64,000 nucleotides of DNA from a virus (lineage: Duplodnaviria; Caudoviricetes), in the IMG/VR virus record IMGVR_UViG_3300025437_000009; one strand, given 5' to 3'. Made by a program: the position numbers and the translations under genes. The notes beneath the pieces were generated by a model. The model worked only from the letters and a program-made list of their open reading frames with translations. It was not told the DNA's origin and did no database searches. Of this stretch, positions 1-6,292 are shown one piece after another (positions within the stretch are counted from its first letter, which is position 1; each line of letters begins with the position of its first letter).

Positions 1-26
1 TAATGAACTTTAACTACTAAAACAAT

Positions 27-55
27 AGTATAGCATTTTGGCAATTAAAGGACAA
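27..55 (-). promoter_or_regulatory. sigma70-type promoter (TTGTCC-17-TATACT) firing out of the window's left end
   Basis: Minus strand reads TTGTCC TTTAATTGCCAAAATGC TATACT; 17-bp spacer resembles those at 2464-2492 and 33552-33580. Confidence 0.6.
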
Positions 56-67
56 CCATAATAAACA

Positions 68-141
68 TGGAGCGGGATAAGGGAATCGAACCCTCGTTCT
101 CAGCTTGGAAGGCTGGAGTAATACCATTATACGAATCCCGC
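68..141 (-). tRNA. trnG: tRNA-Gly(TCC)
   Basis: GCGGGAT...CT TCC AA...GGTTCGATTCC...ATCCCGC T CCA; cloverleaf, encoded CCA, 74 nt. Confidence 0.95.
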
Positions 142-147
142 ATTGTT

Positions 148-221
148 TGGCGACCCTCCAGGGAATCGAACCCCGATCTGCGGTTTTGGAGACCGATGTA
201 ATGCCATTATACCAGAGAGTC
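148..221 (-). tRNA. trnW: tRNA-Trp(CCA)
   Basis: GACTCTC acceptor pairs with GAGGGTC; loop CTCCAAA; TTCGATT T-loop; G discriminator plus CCA; 74 nt. Confidence 0.93.
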
Positions 222-226
222 ATACG

Positions 227-302
227 TGGAGCGGGAAAGGAGGTTCGAACTCCCGACCTATACCTTGGCAAGGTATCGCTCTACCAGCTGAGCTATTCCC
301 GC
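227..302 (-). tRNA. trnG: tRNA-Gly(GCC)
   Basis: GCGGGAATAGCTCAGCTGGTAGAGC; stem ATACC/GGTAT around TTGCCAA; encoded CCA; 76 nt. Confidence 0.97.
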
Positions 303-311
303 TTTGAAACT

Positions 312-395
312 TGGTGGAGCATCCTGGGATCGAACCAGGCATGTCAAAGACGGCGGATTTACAGTCCACTGCATCACCGTTGATGCTTCTGCTCC
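312..395 (-). tRNA. trnY: tRNA-Tyr(GTA)
   Basis: GGAGCAG/ATGCTCC acceptor; loop CTGTAAA; long variable arm as expected for bacterial Tyr; encoded CCA; 84 nt. Confidence 0.93.
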
Positions 396-407
396 TGTGT
401 ATTGTAA

Positions 408-436
408 AGTATACTAGTATATATGCCCCGTGTCAA
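408..436 (-). promoter_or_regulatory. sigma70-type promoter for the Tyr-Gly-Trp-Gly tRNA array
   Basis: TTGACA-CGGGGCATATATACTAG(17)-TATACT, 12 nt upstream of tRNA-Tyr. Confidence 0.8.
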
Positions 437-693
437 GTGGGGTGGTAACCCGAATGGACGTTTACCCGCTCGTCATCTAGTATACTTTAGAATACCCTCT
501 CTTTCGAAAGGATATGCTAGGGCTATACCCCAGCCTGTAATTTTTTACACCACACAAGGTGCTCCATCCCACAGTCCGCCCATTTAGCTGTTTATAGTGT
601 AGCAAGGATCTCGTTCCCTATACCACTTTACTGCCGATCAAAGATAGTCTGGCCAAAAAACGTACCAGTCATCTTCATAACCTCAATCCACTT
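435..693 (-). ncRNA. candidate structured non-coding RNA (~260 nt), family not recognised
   Basis: No long ORF. Terminal AAGUGG(688-693)/CCACUU(435-440) helix. Internal hairpins GUGGUAUAGGGA/UCCUUGCUACAC, GCUGGG/CCUAGC, AUAUCCUUUC-GAAA-GAGAGGGUAU, GACG/CGUC, CUGG/CCAG. Confidence 0.55.
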
Positions 694-694
694 A

Positions 695-865
695 TCAGCG
701 TGAGGAGTATTTCGACCCCCTTGCAGACTCCTGTAACTTCGCGGCTTCTGCTAATGCTTTGACTTGAGCTTCTGCTCTTGCTACCTTTGCTTCCATTAGT
801 GCAACTTTTTCTTCGTGTGAGAGGACAAAGTGTGATACGTTTCGTTTTTCGTTCTTATGTTCCAT
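695..865 (-). CDS. small hypothetical protein, 56 aa (not in ORF track): MEHKNEKRNVSHFVLSHEEKVALMEAKVARAEAQVKALAEAAKLQESARGSKYSSR
   Basis: Translated by hand; strong RBS GGAGAAGGAAA before ATG; Ala/Glu/Lys-rich helical core; TGA stop. Confidence 0.7.
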   Translation of the reverse strand: MEHKNEKRNVSHFVLSHEEKVALMEAKVARAEAQVKALAEAAKLQESARGSKYSSR

Positions 866-883
866 TTTCCTTCTCCTAAAAAT

Positions 884-916
884 AAAAAACCCCGGAGTGT
901 TTAATTCCAGGGCTTT
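884..916 (-). terminator. intrinsic terminator (attenuator 3:4 hairpin)
   Basis: GCCCUGGA-AUUAAACAC-UCCGGGGU followed by a U-tract. Confidence 0.85.
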
Positions 917-959
917 AATTAAAATATGGTGTAAAAATATATACTCTAATTAAAACCCT
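909..959 (-). promoter_or_regulatory. antiterminator helix (2:3), mutually exclusive with the 884-916 terminator
   Basis: AGGGUUUUAAUUA (959-947) pairs 13/13 (one G-U) with UAAUUAAAGCCCU (921-909), which includes most of the terminator's 5' arm. Confidence 0.7.
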
Positions 960-1068
960 CAACGTAATCGCGTTCGCTATTAATCATTGGGCATACTGCT
1001 GACCAATAGGCTAACCCGCCTAATGTTGGCTGTAATTTTGCGGAATGATTAAAAGTGTTCGTTCTCAT
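946..1068 (-). CDS. leader peptide, 40 aa (not in ORF track): MRTNTFNHSAKLQPTLGGLAYWSAVCPMINSERDYVEGFN
   Basis: Translated by hand; ATG 9 nt after a consensus -10; TAG stop overlaps the antiterminator 5' arm. Confidence 0.6.
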   Translation of the reverse strand: MRTNTFNHSAKLQPTLGGLAYWSAVCPMINSERDYVEGFN

Positions 1069-1077
1069 AATTTAAGT

Positions 1078-1106
1078 ATTATAGTTTATTTATCTTTTTA
1101 TGTCAA
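1078..1106 (-). promoter_or_regulatory. perfect-consensus sigma70 promoter with a TAAATA late element nested in the spacer
   Basis: TTGACA-TAAAAAGATAAATAAAC(17)-TATAAT; TAAATA at 1087-1092. Confidence 0.85.
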
Positions 1107-2236
1107 CCAATATAGATATCTTTTTTGTTAAATTTGCCCAAACAGTAGAGTCTAGTGTTTAAAGGGCTTAGCCCTACCATTACCCCATGTTTGTAGTCTA
1201 ACAAGCTTCGATCAACCGACGTTAAACTTTGTTTAATATGCCAGCGCCAGCCGTCGAAGAATCTTCTATTGTAGCGTACAACCCAGAAGTCAACTTCTTG
1301 CATGATCGAACCCGAAAACTTATCTGTTTGAAAAGTGTGTATGTTATACTCCGGGTAACAAACTCGAATATATGTATCACGAGGAACGCTATGACCCCTA
1401 GTTATTTCTTGAGTTATCAAAGCCATTTCATCTGCGTTGGCTGTTGTTTCGTAGTAGTGCTTTAGTTCGTGTGCTTGGGCTATAGCAAGCTCGGGCATCT
1501 GTGGAGACCAAAAGAAAGCTTCGCTAATACGTTCTGGATCAGGATCTGCAGGTCCAATTCTATCAACAAAGTACGAATAAAAATTACCGTCTTTGATGTG
1601 GCACATAGTTTTTTCAAAACCATAGATGACGCCTACAGATTTTCCTTGCCTTACTGCTTCACACTCCCATTCACTTTTTCTACTGTATCTAAAAAAGGAT
1701 CCCATGCTTAGATAGTGTCCGCCCTTTTTTAACTTTTCTTCGTTAAAATCATGTTCGTATTCTTCAGAATAATCATCAATACAAATACGTGTATTGGGAA
1801 ATCTTTTGGCAACGTCTTCTAAGACCGGTAGTACTGCATAGTCGTACTCACTGCTGTGATTTATATTGCTAAAATCAGTTGGGTTAGCCGGAGTATATTT
1901 TTTCTGTGCTAAAGGCCAACGTGTGTATACTTCATCTACATGAATGCCATTTGATAAAAAACTATAAAGAGTAGTCCAGGAATCACTGCCGCCACTAAAG
2001 TTTATCACAATATAATCGTAGGTGTCTCGAAGTTGCTGTGCTCTTAATTTATATAATTCTTGCAAAGTTCCTGCGGGACGTTTAGTCCAATTACAGGTAG
2101 AAAATACTTCATCATAAAAATTAAAAACTACGGGATTACCAGTCTTAGATGCAAATTGAAGTGCTTCAAGTTTGTTGGTATAGACTGTGCCACCTACCTC
2201 GTAATGACCATAGTTATTATTGTTTTGGATTATCAT
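1103..2236 (-). CDS. PP-loop (adenine nucleotide alpha-hydrolase-like, N-type ATP pyrophosphatase) protein, 377 aa
   Basis: VINFSGGSDS matches the SGGxDS PP-loop. Start moved to ATG 2236 because the track's start (2284) lies inside tRNA-Leu. Confidence 0.65.
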   Translation of the reverse strand: MIIQNNNNYGHYEVGGTVYTNKLEALQFASKTGNPVVFNFYDEVFSTCNWTKRPAGTLQELYKLRAQQLRDTYDYIVINFSGGSDSWTTLYSFLSNGIHVDEVYTRWPLAQKKYTPANPTDFSNINHSSEYDYAVLPVLEDVAKRFPNTRICIDDYSEEYEHDFNEEKLKKGGHYLSMGSFFRYSRKSEWECEAVRQGKSVGVIYGFEKTMCHIKDGNFYSYFVDRIGPADPDPERISEAFFWSPQMPELAIAQAHELKHYYETTANADEMALITQEITRGHSVPRDTYIRVCYPEYNIHTFQTDKFSGSIMQEVDFWVVRYNRRFFDGWRWHIKQSLTSVDRSLLDYKHGVMVGLSPLNTRLYCLGKFNKKDIYIG

Positions 2237-2254
2237 GAGAAGAGTTTCTAAATT

Positions 2255-2339
2255 TGGTGCCCCAAGCGAGACTCGAACTCGCACACCTTACGATACTGGC
2301 TTCTAAGACCAGCGTGTCTACCAATTCCACCATCGGGGC
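2255..2339 (-). tRNA. trnL: tRNA-Leu(TAG)
   Basis: GCCCCGA/TTGGGGC acceptor; CTGGT-CTTAGAA-GCCAG; long variable arm; encoded CCA; 85 nt. Confidence 0.95.
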
Positions 2340-2363
2340 AATACTTTACTTATACTACAAATT

Positions 2364-2451
2364 TGGTGGGCCGGGAGGGACTTGAACCCACAATGAGCTT
2401 TCGCTGGTCGATTATGAGTCGACTGCCTGCAACCAATACGGCGTCCGGCCC
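2364..2451 (-). tRNA. tRNA with CAT anticodon, most likely Ile2 (lysidine type), with a long variable arm
   Basis: GGGCCGG/CCGGCCC, GTCGA-CTCATAA-TCGAC; C4:G69, C5:G68 and C29:G41 pairs; no initiator features; 15-nt variable region AGC-GAAA-GCT; 88 nt. Confidence 0.8.
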
Positions 2452-2463
2452 AACTAAGCAACT

Positions 2464-2492
2464 ATTATATACTATTTGCGATTAAAGGTCAA
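2464..2492 (-). promoter_or_regulatory. sigma70-type promoter for tRNA(CAT)-tRNA-Leu-PP-loop gene
   Basis: TTGACC-TTTAATCGCAAATAGTA(17)-TATAAT. Confidence 0.8.
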
Positions 2493-3670
2493 CGACGTTG
2501 ACGTACCGGCTCTTTTGTCGAAGATCTGCGTGCTCTTGGTGCAGTTGCGTTGGCTTTTGCAGGTTGATCACCAGTTTGATTTAGGCCTCCGCGAAGAAGA
2601 TTACCATTTTTATCAACTAGTACAACATCCTTGGTACCACGTGTACCAAGGGCACGTTTTAGTGTCAGTGCCTGTGGACGTAAGCCACGATATCCAATAG
2701 CTTTACCAGGACGGCTTGCACTATTACCAATGCGCCAAACCATTAAATGGCTTTCTGGAATATCAGCTTTGGTTTTGATAACTGTGTGGCATTCAACAGT
2801 AATATTCTTACCTTCTTGCTTAAAGTGGTGTGGTTTAAAATCTTGAATAACAATACCACCTTCAGGATTAATGTCTGTACCAAAGATAGCTCGCATAGAT
2901 TCTTCTTCAGTTGGTTCTACTACAATCTCTTTGTTGAGTCTGTAGTATTCACGTCCAAGATCATCTGTCAACTTGTCTAATTTTATAGCACCTTGAGATA
3001 ATAGATCGTCAATAATCTTTCTAGCTTTAGCTCCAAAGGAACCTTCAGCACTTTCCCAACTGGCGGCACTTAATTCTTTGATGCTGATTGGTAAATTTTT
3101 TGTTTTACTGCGTAGTACAACGTCAGCTTTTTTAATACCGCCGGTAGCATGTCTTCCAGGAGTTCCTCCAGTTGACTCGACTTCTACAGCATCATGAATA
3201 GTAATGCTTTTGCCGCGAGTATCAACAAAGGTTACATTTATTGAGCCGTATTTTTCAATCATACTGGCCATCATTGCGTCCAAGACAAATTCATTTTCTT
3301 TACCAGCAGATTTATCTGCTTGCTGACCCACGTCTTTGACAGAAATATTAACAGGACTGTTGTCAAAAATAATGACGCCAGCAGAGCTAATATTTGGAAT
3401 ATTTGCGATACGTGGGTTAGCTTTTGGTGCAACTTTTTTTAGGATCTGTAGAATATTTGCCAAGATACTTTGACGATACTTGTTTTTTAATTGACCATCG
3501 GGTATTTGAACTAGTGGCTGTAGTTTGTTACCATTTACTTTTACGTTATCGTAGCCGGCCTTTTTTAATAACTCAAGAACGCCTGTACGATCAATTAGGG
3601 GTTGGACAGATGGTTTTGCTGGTGCTTTGACAGCTTCGTCAAGGATATTAATTAATTCGCGCATTTTCAT
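2489..3670 (-). CDS. hypothetical protein with PD-(D/E)xK nuclease-like motif, 393 aa
   Basis: GKENE...KKADVVL...ISIK; start reassigned to MKMRELINILDE (3670), 7 nt after a TAAATA box. Confidence 0.5.
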   Translation of the reverse strand: MKMRELINILDEAVKAPAKPSVQPLIDRTGVLELLKKAGYDNVKVNGNKLQPLVQIPDGQLKNKYRQSILANILQILKKVAPKANPRIANIPNISSAGVIIFDNSPVNISVKDVGQQADKSAGKENEFVLDAMMASMIEKYGSINVTFVDTRGKSITIHDAVEVESTGGTPGRHATGGIKKADVVLRSKTKNLPISIKELSAASWESAEGSFGAKARKIIDDLLSQGAIKLDKLTDDLGREYYRLNKEIVVEPTEEESMRAIFGTDINPEGGIVIQDFKPHHFKQEGKNITVECHTVIKTKADIPESHLMVWRIGNSASRPGKAIGYRGLRPQALTLKRALGTRGTKDVVLVDKNGNLLRGGLNQTGDQPAKANATAPRARRSSTKEPVRQRR

Positions 3671-3677
3671 AATACAG

Positions 3678-3683
3678 TATTTA
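3678..3683 (-). promoter_or_regulatory. T4-type late promoter core TAAATA
   Basis: TAAATA-7 nt-ATG(3670), no SD between. Confidence 0.55.
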
Positions 3684-4439
3684 GTCTGTAATTTGATAAA
3701 AGTCTTTGTCCAGCCAAGCAACTACTGTATCTTCTAAACGTGCATATCCATACTTAGTTACGCTACTAACAATACTATCATTGACTAAATTGCGGTCAAT
3801 TATGTCGTGCCAACTAGCGTGTTCGGGCAAGGGCTCATGTTCTGTAGCGTATACCGCTGCTTGTAGCCAAGGAGTCCCTGGTTCACGATAAAAATACGCA
3901 TCTCTACAGTCAAATCCGCTGATGGCCAACATATAGATAAGATTCAAAAGGTTATAACTGTAGTATTGGTGACTATGATTACTAATGATCATTTGACTGC
4001 GTCTATGGTCCCAATAAGTAGTCTGTGGTATAGTTAGCACTAACATACCGTTGACCGTCATAGTTGATTTCCATGTGGCCAGACATTTTAAAGGATTTCG
4101 AGCATATTGAAATGAATCATGTGCCCATAATAGATCAACTTGTCTAGGGATAACTCGTTCCTCAAAATTTCCCTCAATTGGGTGTACATTAGGTAGTGCT
4201 AGTATGCTTGGATCAATCTGTTGAATATTTTGATCAACTGCATAAACAATGTAATTGTGGAATTCCGGAGGATCATCTCTAGTTTGTAGTGTAGCCCACC
4301 ATTTAGCGTCAAATCCGGCACCGCAACCCATGTCTGCTACTACAGTTAAACTATCTAAATAATCATCATACTTGTAGATTAGATCTAAAGTTTTTCGACT
4401 GTGCTCGTGACTTTCGTCGGGATTTTTAAACAGGCCCAT
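3681..4439 (-). CDS. class I SAM-dependent methyltransferase
   Basis: VADMGCGAGFD motif I; VYAVD; DLLWAHDSFQY; GMLVLTIP; no DNA-MTase catalytic motif. Confidence 0.85.
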   Translation of the reverse strand: MGLFKNPDESHEHSRKTLDLIYKYDDYLDSLTVVADMGCGAGFDAKWWATLQTRDDPPEFHNYIVYAVDQNIQQIDPSILALPNVHPIEGNFEERVIPRQVDLLWAHDSFQYARNPLKCLATWKSTMTVNGMLVLTIPQTTYWDHRRSQMIISNHSHQYYSYNLLNLIYMLAISGFDCRDAYFYREPGTPWLQAAVYATEHEPLPEHASWHDIIDRNLVNDSIVSSVTKYGYARLEDTVVAWLDKDFYQITD

Positions 4440-4680
4440 TGGTCAATATTTCCATTACTAATTTTTCTTTTAATCGTTGTAGTCGAGGTGCTAGTTGATG
4501 GCAGGCTTCTGCTATTTCATTTTCATCACCCCAACCAAGTTGGGTAGATAAATGGTAAGCAAATTTGGCTACCGCATCTTTTTCTAATTGTATATTTACC
4601 GCATCGTGTTTGGGCTTTGCTCGACAGCAAAGATCAAATTCTGCTAGTAAATTGTTGGCATGTGTTTTCCAGTCGGTCAT
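4426..4680 (-). CDS. hypothetical protein, 84 aa
   Basis: ORF overlaps both neighbours (ATGA and 14-nt overlaps). Confidence 0.7.
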   Translation of the reverse strand: MTDWKTHANNLLAEFDLCCRAKPKHDAVNIQLEKDAVAKFAYHLSTQLGWGDENEIAEACHQLAPRLQRLKEKLVMEILTNGPV

Positions 4681-5606
4681 TTACAGTTTTTTTGATGAGT
4701 ATCTAATACATACTTAGCTGTTGCTTCACTGGTACAGTTTTTAACAAAATGATCAAATACACTAGCCTGCAATTCTTCATATACTGCTAGTCCAGCATCA
4801 GCGAACCAATCAACACCGTACTCAGCAATCAATCCATTGACCGCTAATAATTCTTCTTTGGGTAAGGTTGTGCAAATAAGTGGAGGGCATTGCTCAATAC
4901 CGTGAAAGATTGGTACAGAACCCGAAGCCATGATTTCGTAGTGACGTTGGCAATCCCACCCACCCTTCATTTGTGTTTCCCCAAAGTAACTGCGAGCATA
5001 GTCCTTAAAGTAGTCAACTTCGTTGTCAAACTTATAGTGTGCAACACCATTAGCATCTTTAAATACAGGTCGAGATCCTGATATAACAGTATCTTTCACA
5101 ATACCGGTACGATCAATAATTTTTTGTTTGGGGAAACTAAAACTGATGGGATGAATCTTAGGATCATCAAAATAAAGTTCACGTTTAAAATATGTGCCAG
5201 CATCAACTAAGTGTCGGTGATCACGGTAGTGTGTTAGGTCACCTTGATCTTTGCCGTCAATGATGATTATTTTATTTTTAGGGTAAGTTTCTAGGATCAA
5301 ATCTTCATAGATGCTTTTAAAGTCTGCACGAGTCAGTACAATTAAATCAAAATACTGACTACGTATTTTACCTTCAATATCTGTACGATCTACTGTGTCT
5401 CGTTCGATAGTGTTAGATAAGCTAAATCCTCTACCGTGTAGATTGATACGGTTTTCTCCATTGGGTCCTGATTCACTATCACCGTAGATATACCAAAGTT
5501 TTGGGGCATCAACAACCTCACAACCTAAATCAGTAAAACCATGCACTAATAAATCGCTTAGATGATCTGTTCCGTCTTCATTGCTTCGTGTACATAAAAT
5601 TTTCAT
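4677..5606 (-). CDS. glycosyltransferase-like protein (GT-B-type C-terminal motif), 309 aa
   Basis: KGGWDCQRHYEIMASGSVPIF resembles the GT-B/CgeB-like nucleotide-sugar binding segment; start MKILC at 5606 overlaps the uvsY stop (ATGA). Confidence 0.55.
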   Translation of the reverse strand: MKILCTRSNEDGTDHLSDLLVHGFTDLGCEVVDAPKLWYIYGDSESGPNGENRINLHGRGFSLSNTIERDTVDRTDIEGKIRSQYFDLIVLTRADFKSIYEDLILETYPKNKIIIIDGKDQGDLTHYRDHRHLVDAGTYFKRELYFDDPKIHPISFSFPKQKIIDRTGIVKDTVISGSRPVFKDANGVAHYKFDNEVDYFKDYARSYFGETQMKGGWDCQRHYEIMASGSVPIFHGIEQCPPLICTTLPKEELLAVNGLIAEYGVDWFADAGLAVYEELQASVFDHFVKNCTSEATAKYVLDTHQKNCK

Positions 5607-6058
5607 GCTATTGTAATGTCTTCCATTCCTGCTGTGCGTAGTCGAACCACATGCCCCAACATAAAGTTCTTTGATTCGATTCCTTTCATGAGCCCCAACC
5701 ATTTATTACGAAGTAGTGCCACTTCATTAATGATTGTTTCCATGTCAATTACTTCATCTTCTGCTTCAGCATACTTTTCAGCATCACGACTTGTTAGCGC
5801 ACGATTGTATGCTTCTAGATATTTTTTATAATGCCGTTGACGTATCTTACGCAGTTGAATATTTAGAAATTCTAATACCGCTTCAATTTCTTGTAGCTGA
5901 TTAAATCTCTGCTCTGTTTCACCGGGCAAGTTACTGAGTTCACGTTCAACCTTACCGTGGATTTTAACATTGGCACGTGCAGAGATAAGTTCCTGCTCAT
6001 AGTAATCTATAAAAGCAGGAATTTCTCCTAGGTCTCTAACTATTTTATTATAGAACAC
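5603..6058 (-). CDS. uvsY: UvsY-like recombination mediator
   Basis: 151 aa helical; YLEAYNRALTSRDAEKYAEAE...KWLGLMKGIESK...RLRTAGMED; two genes from uvsX. Confidence 0.8.
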   Translation of the reverse strand: MFYNKIVRDLGEIPAFIDYYEQELISARANVKIHGKVERELSNLPGETEQRFNQLQEIEAVLEFLNIQLRKIRQRHYKKYLEAYNRALTSRDAEKYAEAEDEVIDMETIINEVALLRNKWLGLMKGIESKNFMLGHVVRLRTAGMEDITIA

Positions 6059-6061
6059 AGT

Positions 6062-6292
6062 TTACCACTCTGAATCCTCGTCCTCGTCTTCAGCTTCGTC
6101 ATCTGCTGTGTACTCTTTAAGAGCACGTTTAAGGGTAGCATCAGTAGTGCCAAACTCTTTAAGTTCTTGGTCGCCTAACATATCAACCATAACACTCATT
6201 AGGTTATCTGCACACTCTTGACGATCCTTGCTAGGAACGTACTGTTTCATAATGGTATATAGTTCGCTTAGAACTTCTACATCGATTGTCAT
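6062..6292 (-). CDS. hypothetical protein, 76 aa, acidic C-terminus
   Basis: ORF between uvsX and uvsY, ATGA overlap with uvsX. Confidence 0.75.
   Translation of the reverse strand: MTIDVEVLSELYTIMKQYVPSKDRQECADNLMSVMVDMLGDQELKEFGTTDATLKRALKEYTADDEAEDEDEDSEW

Noticed and set aside
17-383. ORF-track entries 17-271 (-) and 105-383 (+)
   Set aside because: They lie across four clear tRNA genes and are chance open frames
435-865. tmRNA, RNase P, SRP or group I intron identity for the structured RNA
   Set aside because: No tRNA-like ends or T-loop, no GAGGAAAGUCC, no SRP loop, no matched P7 pairing; left unassigned
946-2236. Lasso-peptide cluster (Asn-synthetase-like cyclase plus 40-aa precursor with PTL|G leader end)
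   Set aside because: The putative core GGLAYWSAV has no Asp/Glu at positions 7-9, no B-protein peptidase gene is nearby, and the attenuator structure explains the ORF better
2237-2284. N-terminal extension MRVRVSLGAPNLETLL of the PP-loop ORF
   Set aside because: It is read through tRNA-Leu; the ATG at 2236 is the plausible start
2489-4439. Restriction-modification pair (nuclease-like gene next to a methyltransferase)
   Set aside because: The methyltransferase lacks DPPY/NPPY or PC motifs and looks like a small-molecule class I enzyme; the genes have separate expression signals
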